From contig NC_043018.1 in the NCBI RefSeq assembly GCF_006345805.1, positions 20,646,001 to 20,710,000 of the forward strand: 64,000 nucleotides of DNA. Direction: 5' to 3'. A program made the position numbers and the translations under genes. Below the pieces are notes generated by a model, which worked only from the letters and a program-made list of their open reading frames with translations, was not told where the DNA came from and did not search any database. Shown piece after piece: positions 14,200 to 26,430 of this stretch (positions are counted from its first letter, which is position 1; each line of letters opens with the position of its first letter). The DNA comes from Octopus sinensis. Its lineage: Eukaryota.

Positions 14200-14320
14200 T
14201 TAAATACTGTATCAGAAACACAGAATAATTCCTGCTTTTTATTCAGTGTTGTGGTGATTGTTAGAGCATTACAAGCACCATTGTGTAACTTGGCCTTACT
14301 TTAATGATTGCATTCACTTT

Positions 14321-14485
14321 ACAGTTCTATATTTAAGAGATGAGGAATTATGTACATTATTTACATTCGACGGATATTTCCCCAAGACACCTGAAGAAAG
14401 CTGGAGGGTATAACAGCCGAAACGTTGTGTTAACAACAAACAAGATGAGGACAAATATCCGTCGAATATAAATAATGTAAATAGT
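14321..14485. mobile_element. Internally deleted fold-back copy of the SINE/HHR family
   Basis: Left end acagttctatatttaagagatg.. is the reverse complement of the family 3' end; HHR motif at 14386-14431 (+). Confidence 0.75.
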
Positions 14486-14611
14486 GTAAGCAATGTGCAT
14501 TAACTTTATTTCAAACACATATTTTGCATCAGTTTTTAAATTGTAATAAATTTAGCTGTGTATATTTTCCACACAGTATGTACATATATAACAGTTTATA
14601 TTTAAACTATA

Positions 14612-15614
14612 TACTCTTTTACTTGTTTCAGTCATTTGACTGCAGCCATGCTGGAGCACCGCCTTTAGTCGAGCAACTCGACCCCAGGACTTATTCTTTG
14701 TAAGCGCAGTACTTATTCTATCGGTCTCTTTTGCCGAACCACTAAGTGACGGGGACATAAACACACCCGCATCGGTTGTCAAGCAATGCTAGGGGGACAA
14801 ACACAGACACACAAACACACACATGCATATATATATATACATATATACAACTTCTTTCAGTTTCCGTCTACCAAATCCACTCACAAGGCTTTGGTCGGCC
14901 CGGGGCTATAGTAGAAGACACCTGCCCAAGGCGCCACACATTGGGACTGAATCCGGAACCATGTGGTTGGTAAGCAACATAGTTACAACTAACCTATTTT
15001 ATTATTCCTATGGGTGCATATACTCTGTGTGAGTGTGTGTGTCTTTGTTGTCAAAAAACCTTTTACATATTTCCTCATAAGGTGTTTCGTTGACTATTTA
15101 CATTATTGGTGCCTACTGTTTACCCTAAGTATTTACTCACAACACATACCTTCCCCAACCAGGCATACATTGTTAAGGATTCCAGTTTGAAGATCAAGAA
15201 AACTTAGAAATATATTGAAATTCAACAGGCGCAGGAGTGGCAGTGTGGTAAGTAGCTTGCTTACCAACCACATGGTTCTGGGTTCAGTCACACTGCGTGG
15301 CATCTTGGGCAAGTGTCTTCTGCTATAGCCCCGGGCCGACCAATGCCTTGTGAGCAGATTTGGTAGACGGAAACTGAAAGAAGCCTGTCGTATATATGTA
15401 TATATGTGTATGTGTGTGTTTGTCCCCCTAGCATTGCTTGACAACCGATGCTAGTGTGTTTACGTCCCCGTCACTTAGCGGTTCGGCAAAAGAGACGGAT
15501 AGAATAAGTACTGGGCTTACAAAGAATAAGTCCCGGGGTCGATTTGCTCGACTAAAGGCGGTGCTCCAGCATGGCCACAGTCAAATGACTGAAACAAGTA
15601 AAAGAGTAAAAGAG
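14612..15614. mobile_element. Two SINE family A copies head-to-head (14612-14980 -, 15227-15614 +)
   Basis: Direct sequence similarity to the family. Confidence 0.8.
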
Positions 15615-16542
15615 TAGAGATAGAAAAATGCTTCGTCTGGGAGATATAACTTCCAAATTAATGGTACATGGTCTTTATTTAGACAGGGAGCCAGGGTGCA
15701 ACAGGAAGTTATTATATACAATTTCATAGGGAGACTGGGGCACGATTGTGATATATTGTACCCGGTATGTGTCACTGTTGTGCCAGAGCAGTACCCAGTA
15801 TGTGCAAATGTTGTGTGCCAGTGCTTGGGTCTCTGCCAATAAACATATGACAGACAGCTGGGTACTTGTGAGGAAGAATCTGTTCCAATCTATAGACCAA
15901 TTCTGGGAATGTTAAAGACCTAAGTCAGCTAGCAGGTGACATTATGCTGGAATAGATAGGGTCACAAGAAGTACATTTAAGGGAGCAGTAAGGGACAATA
16001 GTAAGAAACAAGTCAGAGACATCTGGTCCCTTTAACAAAGGAAAAAAAAATCTATTAAATAGGATTTGTTAATATTTTGTGCCATGGAGAGAAACAAAGT
16101 ATTTAAGAGCACCATGGTATAAGGGGTGGAGAGAAAAGGGGCTGGGGGGAGATGTTAAAAATATCGGTCAATGTGAGGGGGAGACAGGCTGTAATGGGTA
16201 GTATGTGGTGGGAATGGATGGAAGAGGGGTGGATTGATAAGAGCAGGCAGATGATAATGATGATGGTGGTGGTGGGCAGCGTAGGAAGAGATAAGATTTC
16301 AGGATGTTGAACATTAGAGATGGAACGAGAGAGAGAGAGAGAGAGAGACAGACAGAGATCTGTAGGGGAGTGCTGACATGCTGTTGGGCAGACTCAACCA
16401 AAACAGACATTGAAATGATGATGATGATGATGATGGTAATGACGGTGGTGATGGTTCGTACATATACAAGATGAAGAATTTATCTTCAAGAAGATTTCAA
16501 GGAGCCGATAAACTATATATATATATATATATATATATAATC

Positions 16543-16721
16543 TTTTATTTGTTTCAATCATTTGACTGCGGCCATGCTGGAGCACCACCTTTATTTGAAC
16601 AAATCAACTCCAGGACTAATGCTTTGTAAGCCTAGTACTTATTGGCCTCTTTCACCAAACCGCTAAGTTATGGGGACATAAGCATACTAAGCAATGGTGG
16701 GGGGGGGGGACAAGCACAAAC

Positions 16722-16761
<40 letters not shown>

Positions 16762-16920
16762 GATGGGCTTCTTTCAGTTTCCACCTACCAAATCCACTCA
16801 CAAGGCTTTGGTCAGCCCAAGGATATAGTAGAAGACACCTGCCCAAGGTGCCACACAGTGGGACTGAACCCAGAATCATGTGGTTGGGAAACAAGCTTCT
16901 TACCACATACCCATGCCTGC
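16543..16920 (-). mobile_element. SINE family A
   Basis: Family similarity. Confidence 0.75.
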
Positions 16921-17689
16921 GCGTATATCTATCTATCTATCTATATATATACTTTATAAGGAGTACTGGGTGTGGGTGCTTTTTATGTGGAACTAGCACT
17001 TGTGCTTTCTACCTGGCACCAACACCAGTGGGGTTACCAAGTAACTTGTAAGACAAAGACTTCTCAGCTGGGAGAGGGAGAGGAGATGAAGGAAGTGGCT
17101 TTGCACCAAGAGAGATTAGAGTACCTTTGATGTGTGTGTCGGTGTGTTTGTGTGTGTGCGCATATGTGTGCTTGTGTGTGTATGCACCTGTGTGTGTGTG
17201 TGTGCGCGCACCTGTGCGTTTGTGTGTGCACCTGTGTGTGTGTGTGTGTATGTGTGCATGCATCTATGCGTTGTGTGAGTGTCTGTGTGTGCGCATGCGT
17301 GTTTGTTTATGTGTGAGTGTGTCTTTGTGTGAGTGTGTGTGTGTGTGTGTGTATGTGTGTGTATGCATGTGTGTTTATTTACATTGGCGTTTCTCCAAAA
17401 ATCACAACGCTACAAGCTGTGGCATTGTTGTCGTTTCCCTCCCAACAAATCATCTGCTGGTTTTGCACTTTCAGAGACATGTAAAATAAAAGATCCTCCC
17501 TCTTAGAAAACGGTCAATGGTTAGCAACAGGAAGGGCATCCAGCCACAAAACAACATGTCAATAATATATTGATCTGATACCAACAGGCAAAAGATAGAA
17601 ACAAACAATTCAGTTGACCTTTTAACCCTTTTCACTGTCAAACATATTTCAACAGGTTTTTCCTAAACCCCCATGCTTGTTTACAAACT

Positions 17690-18650
17690 TTTAATTTGCC
17701 TTCGTTCCATACGTTTAGGGTAATAATAAGCTTTCCTTTCATGGGTCCCAAGTTACTCTGGTCGTTGAGAAAAAAAATGGGAACGTGTATCATATATATT
17801 TCCTTACTATCCACAAGGGGCTAAACAAGGACAGACAAAGGGATTAAGTCGATTACATCGACCCCAGTGCGAAACTGGTACTTTATTTATCGACCCCGAA
17901 AGGATGAAAGGCAAAGTCGACCTCGGCGGAATTTGAACTCAGAACGTAACAGCAGACGAAATACCGCTAAGCATGTCACCCGGCGTGATAACGGTTCTGC
18001 CAGCTCACCGCCTTAACGTGTATCATATATGATGCATGGATGCGAGGGATACATGTCCTCTGTGTCACAAATGATATACAGGAGAGGCAAGGGGTTTAAG
18101 AGGTCCTGTTAGAAGAAGCAGTTTTTGTGTGACATTGGTGAGTTATATTAAACAAAACATGTCTTTATTGAGAGGCTATCTGTGATATTAGCTCTTTGCT
18201 TACCCAAAGCATTCTCATATGTTAGTCCTAAACATCCATGCTTGCTTTCAGATATTTAGTTAGACCTTGCTTCTGGTTAATATAAAGCTTTCCTTTCATA
18301 AGTCCCAAGTTACTCTGGTGTTTGAGAAAAAATTGGGACTGTATTATATATGATCCAAAGATGCCGGAGAAATATGTCCTGTGCATCACAAATGATATAC
18401 AGACGAGGCAATGGGGGTTAAGAGGTTCTCTTAGAAGAGGCGTTTTAGTGTGACATTGGTGAACTACGTTATACAAAATGTATTGTTACAAAGAGACTAT
18501 CTGTTTTATTAACTCTTTGTGTACCCAAAGCATTTTTATGTGTTAGTCATGCTCTGTTTTCAGACTTTAAGTTAACACCTTGTTTCGTTTGTTCCAAATA
18601 AAATAAAGCTTTCCTTTCATAAGCTTCAAGTTATTCAATTGGTTGAAAAA
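17690..18650. repeat. Degenerate ~320-bp tandem repeat x3
   Basis: aagctttcctttcat at ~17728, ~18286, ~18606; spacing ~320 after removing the SINE insert. Confidence 0.7.
17798..18014 (-). mobile_element. SINE family B, full length, with 16-bp TSD
   Basis: TSD aacgtgtatcatatat at 17782-17797 and 18015-18030; core gaggtcgactttgcctttcatcctttcggggtcgata. Confidence 0.85.
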
Positions 18651-19814
18651 AAAAAAAAATATATATATAGGATGCAAGGATACCAGGGGAATAAGTCCTG
18701 TGTATGGTATGCGATATACACAACAGGACAGGACGGGACAGGATAGGACAGGCAAAGGGGTTAATTTAGACAAAGCAGATTGTTTCATGATAAATATACC
18801 AATTGTAAGTAACACACAAAAACTTATATAAAACAACATCAAAGAAAAACAAAAGGATAAAACAACAAAAAAAAAACCAAACAAACCAAGGACAGTGAAT
18901 TCTGTGGACGGTTTGTCAGATGGTCATGGTGGTGGTGGTGTTTTGTTGTTGTTGTTGGTGGTGGTGGTGGTGGTGGTGATAGTGAATATTTTAACAAACA
19001 GAAATAATTAATCAACTGAATTGAAATGGCAACTAGAAGTAACCTAATTACAGCAATAACCTAATTACACAAGAAACAGGCAACAAGTACTTGTAGAGAA
19101 TGGAGAGCTTGGAAAAAAACCATTGGACAAGGCAGAATAGATATAAAGAATGACGGGGGAAAAAAAAAAAAAAGAAAAAAACAGAAAAGAAAAGTAAAGA
19201 AAAGTAAAGAATATACATACATTTATAAGATGATAATTACTAAGGCAGAGCTGCTAATTATATTTGTACTTTGTATTAGTAATTTACTATCAATTTCCAG
19301 AAAAAGAAAACTTTTTTTAATGGCTCTGACTTGACCTAGAAGAGACAATTATGATATGGGCCGTTTTATGCTGTTTTTGGGTTTTGTTTGAGAGTGCTAA
19401 AGCGAAATATAAACACGGGTTTTTTACCAAAGAATTCTTAGAATGGGTGGGAGAGAAATTATTATTATTATTATTATTATCATTGAAACCTTCATGTAAT
19501 TAGAGTGGGGTCGTGATGGTGGTGGTGGTGGTATGTGATGATCATAATAACTGCAATCTCGACTGAAGTATCTTTGTAATAACAAAGTGGGGGAAACTAT
19601 ATATATATACAACTAGTTTTAAATCTCTGACCGAGAAATATGTACCACACACACACACATATATATACATACACATATAGATACATACGTATATAAACAC
19701 AACAAACACACATACAAACATGTATACATTCACACACACACATACGTATATATCTTTGCACACATATACAAACATACATCGAGTGTAATCATGTGTGTGC
19801 ATGCGCGTGTATGT

Positions 19815-19854
<40 letters not shown>

Positions 19855-19906
19855 CTTGAAGACAGGAAAATGAACGACGGATTTCCTCTGTTTTCCTTTT
19901 GCTTTT

Positions 19907-20019
19907 TCAAGATGCTGCAGCGGGTTGTGTGCAATTGAAATAGCGTAATATCAGGAGTGGTACCAGTAAACCAACAGCACAGGACAAGTAGCAGATAAAT
20001 GGACCAAACAGCCAATACA
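19907..20019 (-). CDS. MFSD10: MFSD10-like exon 12, terminal (VYWLFGPFICYLSCAVGLLVPLLILRYFNCTQPAAAS*)
   Basis: ctctccag| acceptor, phase 1; VYW start as in family; TGA at 19909-19907; exon sum 1437 nt = 478 aa + stop. Confidence 0.9.
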
Positions 20020-20384
20020 CTGGAGAGAAAACAAAACAAAGAGAGAGAAACAACGTTATAATAATAATAATAATAATAATAGTAATGATAATAATAGTAA
20101 TAATAATAATAATAATGATAATAGTAATAATAATAATAATAGTAATAATAATAATAATAAATAATAATAGTAATAATAATAATAGTAATAGTAATAATAA
20201 TAATAATAATCATCATCATCATCATCGTTTAGTGTCCGCTTTCCATGCTGGCATGGGTTGGATGGTGCAACTGGGGTCTGGGAAGCCAGAAGGCTGCACC
20301 AGGCCCAGTCTGATCTGGCAATGTTTCTACGGCTGGATGCCCTTCCTAACGCCAACCACTCCATAATAATAATATATTTCTTTA

Positions 20385-20870
20385 TATAAACATAGAGGGG
20401 ACAAACAAGGACAGATAAAGTGATTAAGTCGATTACATCGACCTCCCCCTGTGCGAAACTGGTACTTAATTTATCGACCCCGAAAGGATGATAGGCAAAG
20501 TCGACCTTGGTGGAATTTGAACTCAGAACGTAACAACAGACGAAATACCGCTAAGCATTTCGCCCAGTGCGATAACGTTTCTGCCAGCTCACCACCTTAA
20601 TAATAATAATAATAATGATAATAATAATAATAACATATCTCTTTATTGCCCACAAGGGGCTAAACATAGAGGGGACAAACAAGGATAGACAAAGGGATTA
20701 AGTCGATTACATCGACCCCCCAGTGTGAAACTGGTACTTAATTTATTGACCCCGAAAGGATGAAAGGCAAAGTCGACCTCAGCGGAATTTGAACTCAGAA
20801 CGTAACGACAAGACGAAATACCGCTTAGCATTTCGCCCGGCGTGCTAACGTTTCTGCCAGCTCACTGCCT
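20385..20870 (-). mobile_element. Two tandem SINE family B copies in intron 11
   Basis: Family similarity. Confidence 0.8.
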
Positions 20871-21239
20871 TAATAATAATAATAAAGAATAAAGTGTTTT
20901 GAATGGCACAACAATGCACTATAATAACAACAACAATGGACTAAAATAAGAACTGTTGTAATTGAATCATCCGTAGTCTGATATAATATTTCGGAACACA
21001 AAAGTTCCTTCTTCAGATATCCCTAGGAATTGATCCAGTTATTGCTATAATCGATTTTCCAACGGCTTTTTTCTTTTTTTTCGGAAGCATCTCTGCAGTG
21101 ACCTCATGAAGCTCCTTCCAGAATTCCTCATGAGAAGTGCATGAGGTCTGGCATGTCTCAATCTCATGTGTGCTTCTAAGTTATGTATTATACATGCAGC
21201 TTCCTTTTCTTCCCTTCTTTTTTCTCTCTCAATAATAAC

Positions 21240-21270
<31 letters not shown>

Positions 21271-21660
21271 GTTTCAAATTTGTGGGAGGGGACTAGTCGA
21301 TTACATGGACCCCAGTATCACAACTGGTACTTATTTTATCATAGGCGTAGGAGTGGCTGTGTGGTAAGTAGATTGCTAACGAACCACATGGTTCCGGGTT
21401 CGGTCCCAAGGTGTGGCACCTTGGGCAAGTGTCTTCTACTATAGCCTTGAGCTGACCAAAGCCTTGTGAGTAGACAGAAACTGAAAGAAGCCTGTCGTGT
21501 GTATATATATAGATATATATATGTATGTATGTGTGTGTGTATATGTTTGTGTGTCTAACTATAACAACAACAATAACAATTATTATAACAAAAACAACGA
21601 CAATAATAATAATAATCTTTTATGGTCATTACATGTCACACCATAGCAGACATACAGTGA

Positions 21661-21827
21661 TGAAATTATGTAAAATATTATTTACATTATTTACATTCGA
21701 CGGATATTTGTCCTCATCTTGTTTGTTGTTAACACAATGTTTCGGCTGATATACCCTCCAGCCTTCATCAGGTGTCTTGCGGAAATTTCTAACCTGGGTT
21801 CTCATTCCTAAGGTATTTTTCAATATT

Positions 21828-21862
<35 letters not shown>

Positions 21863-21945
21863 CATTATCATTATTAATATTGTGTAGTGGTTAAGAGCGC
21901 GGGCTACTAACCCCAAGATTCCGAGTTCAATTCCAAGCAGTGACT

Positions 21946-21981
<36 letters not shown>

Positions 21982-22163
21982 GTATCGAAAAATACCTTAG
22001 GAATGAGAACCCAGGTTCGAAATTTCCCCATGACACCTTATGAAAGCTGGAGGGTATATCAGTTGAAACATTGTGTTAACAACAAACAAGATGAGGACAA
22101 ATATCTGTCAAATGTAAATAATGTAAATAATGTGCATAATTCCTCATCTCTTAAATATAGAAC
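21661..22163. mobile_element. Fold-back pair of tRNA-headed SINE-like elements with hammerhead-like tail
   Basis: Arms are reverse complements; A/B-box-like head gtagtggttaagag...gagttcaattcc; HHR-like motifs at 21731-21776 (-) and 22032-22077 (+). Confidence 0.8.
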
Positions 22164-22210
22164 TGAAATATTATATAAAATAGTCAAGAAATTCAATTTT
22201 ATACCCTTAC

Positions 22211-22348
22211 CTGTGCACATAGCTACAGGTCCCAGTGCACGTGCTAGCGCACCCAGAGAGCGGAAGACGCCTACAATGGCTCCTTTCTGGTTAACTTTGC
22301 CGTATCTTGAGATCAGAGTTGTTAGACATGGCACCACAGTTGCAGAAC
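22211..22348 (-). CDS. MFSD10: MFSD10-like exon 11 (SATVVPCLTTLISRYG...QKGAIVGVFRSLGALARALGPVAMCT)
   Basis: VVPCL and RSLGALARAxGP motifs; ttttag| and G|gtaagg; 138 nt, phase 1->1. Confidence 0.95.
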
Positions 22349-22399
22349 CTAAAATTAACAGAATCTCCATAAATAACAATACAAAATAATACAGCCATA

Positions 22400-22720
22400 G
22401 AGATGGCAACAACGATGATGATGGTGATGGTGATGATGTTAGTGAATGATGATGATGATGATGATGATGATAATGAATGATGATGATGATGGTGATGATG
22501 TTAGTGAATGATGATGATGATGGTGATGATGTTAGTGAATGATGATGATGATGGTGATGATGTTAGTGAATGATGATGATGATGGTGATGATGTTAGTGA
22601 ATGATGATGGTGATGATGTTAGTGAATGATGATGATGATGGTGATGATGTTAGTGAATGATGATGATGATGGTGATGATGTTAGTGAATGATGATGATGA
22701 TGATGATGACAATGATGCTG
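22400..22720. repeat. Compound (GAT)n minisatellite with gatgttagtgaat units
   Basis: Direct reading. Confidence 0.9.
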
Positions 22721-22737
22721 CTGATAATGGTGGTGCT

Positions 22738-23128
22738 CTTTTATTCTTTTACTTGTTTCAGTCATTTGACTGTGGCCATGCTGGAGCACCGCCTATAGTC
22801 GAGCAAATCGGCCCCAGGACTTATTCCTTGTAAGCCTAGTACTTATTCTATCGGTCTCTTTTTGCCGAACCACTAAGTTACGGAGACGTAAACACATCAG
22901 CGTCGGTTGTCAAGCGATGTTAGGGGGACAAACACAGACACACAAACATATACATACATACATACATACGACAGGCTTCTTTCAGTTTCCGTCTACCAAA
23001 TCCACTCATAAGGCTTTGGTCGACCCGAGGCTATAGTACAAGACACTTGCCCAAGGTGACATGCAGTGGGACCAAACCCGGAACCATGTGGTCCGTAAGC
23101 AATCTACTTACCACACAGCCACTCCTAC
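22738..23128 (-). mobile_element. SINE family A
   Basis: Family similarity. Confidence 0.8.
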
Positions 23129-23660
23129 GTTTATGCCGCTGGTGAAGACAACAACGATGACGTTTATGATGACAGTGACAATGATGATAATGACGGAAAT
23201 AAAAATGAGGATGATGATACATTAATTTATAATGGATGATGTCAGGGGTATCTAGATAGTTCTAGCAAGCCTCAAAGCCCAAGAGCAAAGAACAAAGACG
23301 CCACTTGATCTAGTTTCACTTAATGAGTCAGAGGGCAAAATTGGAAGAGAGGTCAATGCCTTTGACCTCTGCAGAGCCTCTGTGGAACTGAGAGGAAAAG
23401 CTTAGCCGATGACTCATAGGAAACAAGAGGGAGAGAGAGAGAGAGAGGCAGGGTTGCCGGTTATCAAAGGCTGTTGTCAGGAACGTGACAAAAACTACTC
23501 CTGGGGTCAGTCGGTGATGATGTATAAAGACATTCTCTCTCTCTCCAACAACAAAACAGTGATTTGAGCTTCAATTTCAGGAAATCCGTGAAAAGTCACT
23601 TTATGAAGCAAACTGGCTTTGCTTCCAGAAACATCCATAAAAGGTCATTAACAAAGGACG

Positions 23661-24138
23661 AATGATTATATATTGAATTTTGAGATACTAGAAGGCACCA
23701 ACTCAACTCAGTATCAGAGCGAGCTAGAATCCGCAACTAGTATCACCAAATTCAATGTGTGAATGAAAAGATTGTGTCACCAGCCCCTTCCCACCCGTGT
23801 GTAGCCAAAACAAGATGCTGTGGTCATCTACTGAGATAAAATATGGTTATCCGTAATAATGAAGGGTGAAATTAATTAATTTGGAATAATTATCAATTAC
23901 ACCAAGTAGTCTTCGGCATGTAAAAGCCTCATTCGAGGAAAATTTAAGTAATACTAAGCAATAAAGGGTTTAGCAACGAATTGCCTTACCACATACCGAA
24001 TTTAGAAATAGCAGTCAAAGAGTTATAGCTATTTCTTCTACTAAAAAGGGAGATCTCAGTAAAAACAGCAATTGGAAGGCAGACACAAACAGGTAAGAGA
24101 GAATGAATTGACGGCAATCTATCATACAATTTTAAGTT
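23661..24138 (-). repeat. Inverted copy of the array unit lacking the ribozyme segment
   Basis: Reverse complement of the unit from aacttaaaattgtatgat to tataatcatt; gtt microhomology at the junction. Confidence 0.9.
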
Positions 24139-24192
24139 GGTGCCTTCTAGTATCTCAAAATTCAATATATAATCATTTATGATTATAGTATT

Positions 24193-24290
24193 CTACGCTG
24201 AAGAGAAAAGAAGTTTTGGTAAGGTAGAATTATTTAATATTTAATTCTTATGCTTTCCTAAAAACTTGATTTCGAAACGTGCGTCCGTAG
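24193..24290 (+). ncRNA. Minimal type I hammerhead ribozyme motif, array copy 1
   Basis: CUACG-CUGAAGA-[GAAA..UUUC stem II, 69 nt]-GAAA-CGUGCG-UC/CGUAG; predicted cut after C24285. Confidence 0.8.
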
Positions 24291-24784
24291 ATAACTTAAA
24301 ATTGTATGATAGATTGCCGTCAATTCATTCTCTCTTACCTGTTTGTGTCTGCCTTCCAATTGCTGTTTTTACTGAGATCTCCCTTTTTAGTAGAAGAAAT
24401 AGCTATAACTCTTTGACTGCTATTTCTAAATTCGGTATGTGGTAAGGCAATTCGTTGCTAAACCCTTTATTGCTTAGTATTACTTAAATTTTCCTCGAAT
24501 GAGGCTTTTACATGCCGAAGACTACTTGGTGTAATTGATAATTATTCCAAATTAATTAATTTCACCCTTCATTATTACGGATAACCATATTTTATCTCAG
24601 TAGATGACCACAGCATCTTGTTTTGGCTACACGCGGGTGGGAAGGGGCTGGTGACACAATCTTTTCATTCACACATTGAATTTGGTGATACTAGTTGCGG
24701 ATTCTAGCTCGCTCTGATACTGAGTTGAGTTGGTGCCTTCTAGATCTCAAAATTCAATATATAATCATTTATGATTATAGTATT

Positions 24785-24882
24785 CTACGCTGAAGAGAAA
24801 AGAAGTTTTGGTAAGGTAGAATTATTTAATATTTAATTCTTATGCTTTCCTAAAAACTTGATTTCGAAACGTGCGTCCGTAG
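24785..24882 (+). ncRNA. Minimal type I hammerhead ribozyme motif, array copy 2
   Basis: Same sequence as copy 1; predicted cut after C24877. Confidence 0.8.
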
Positions 24883-25376
24883 ATAACTTAAAATTGTATG
24901 ATAGATTGCCGTCAATTCATTCTCTCTTACCTGTTTGTGTCTGCCTTCCAATTGCTGTTTTTACTGAGATCTCCCTTTTTAGTAGAAGAAATAGCTATAA
25001 CTCTTTGACTGCTATTTCTAAATTCGGTATGTGGTAAGGCAATTCGTTGCTAAACCCTTTATTGCTTAGTATTACTTAAATTTTCCTCGAATGAGGCTTT
25101 TACATGCCGAAGACTACTTGGTGTAATTGATAATTATTCCAAATTAATTAATTTCACCCTTCATTATTACGGATAACCATATTTTATCTCAGTAGATGAC
25201 CACAGCATCTTGTTTTGGCTACACGCGGGTGGGAAGGGGCTGGTGACACAATCTTTTCATTCACACATTGAATTTGGTGATACTAGTTGCGGATTCTAGC
25301 TCGCTCTGATACTGAGTTGAGTTGGTGCCTTCTAGTATCTCAAAATTCAATATATAATCATTATGATTATAGTATT

Positions 25377-25473
25377 CTACGCTGAAGAGAAAAGAAGTTT
25401 TGGTAAGGTAGAATTATTTAATATTTAATTCTTATGCTTTCCTAAAAACTTGATTTCGAACGTGCGTCCGTAG
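25377..25473 (+). ncRNA. Hammerhead motif, array copy 3 (GAA instead of GAAA; defective or sequencing indel)
   Basis: ttcgaacgtgcgtc lacks one core A. Confidence 0.55.
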
Positions 25474-25985
25474 ATAACTTAAAATTGTATGATAGATTGC
25501 CGTCAATTCATTCTCTCTTACCTGTTTGTGTCTGCCTTCCAATTGCTGTTTTTACTGAGATCTCCCTTTTTAGTAGAAGAAATAGCTATAACTCTTTGAC
25601 TGCTATTTCTAAATTCGGTATGTGGTAAGGCAATTCGTTGCTAAACCCTTTATTGCTTAGTATTACTTAAATTTTCCTCGAATGAGGCTTTTACATGCCG
25701 AAGACTACTTGGTGTATTGATAATTATTCCAAATTAATTAATTTCACCCTTCATTATTACGGATAACCATATTTTATCTCAGTAGATGACCACAGCATCT
25801 TGTTTTGGCTACACGCGGGTGGGAAGGGGCTGGTGACACAATCTTTTCATTCACACATTGAATTTGGTGATACTAGTTGCGGATTCTAGCTCGCTCTGAT
25901 ACTGAGTTGAGTTGGTGCCTTCTAGTATCTCAAAATTCAATATATAATCAAAATTCAATATATAATCATTTATGATTATAGTATT

Positions 25986-26083
25986 CTACGCTGAAGAGAA
26001 AAGAAGTTTTGGTAAGGTAGAATTATTTAATATTTAATTCTTATGCTTTCCTAAAAACTTGATTTCGAAACGTGCATCCGTAG
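25986..26083 (+). ncRNA. Hammerhead motif, array copy 4 (GUC->AUC, stem III mismatch)
   Basis: gaaacgtgcatccgtag. Confidence 0.55.
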
Positions 26084-26377
26084 ATAACTTAAAATTGTAT
26101 GATAGATTGCCGTCAATTCATTCTCTCTTACCTGTTTGTGTCTGCCTTCCAATTGCTGTTTTTACTGAGATCTCCCTTTTTAGTAGAAGAAATAGCTATA
26201 ACTCTTTGACTGCTATTTCTAAATTCGGTATGTGGTAAGGCAATTCGTTGCTAAACCTTTATTGCTTAGTATTACTTAAATTTTCCTCGAATGAGGCTTT
26301 TACATTTACATGCCGAAGACTACTTGGTGTAATTGATAATTATTCCAATTAATTAATTTCACCCTTCATTATTATGG

Positions 26378-26418
<41 letters not shown>

Positions 26419-26430
26419 TATATATATATA

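Larger units (their letters stand above)
24136..26378 (+). repeat. Tandem array of ~592-bp non-coding units (3 full + 1 truncated), each with a hammerhead motif
   Basis: Unit starts gttggtgccttctag at 24136, 24729, 25321, 25911; near-identical; no ORF >=60 aa in the track. Confidence 0.95.
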
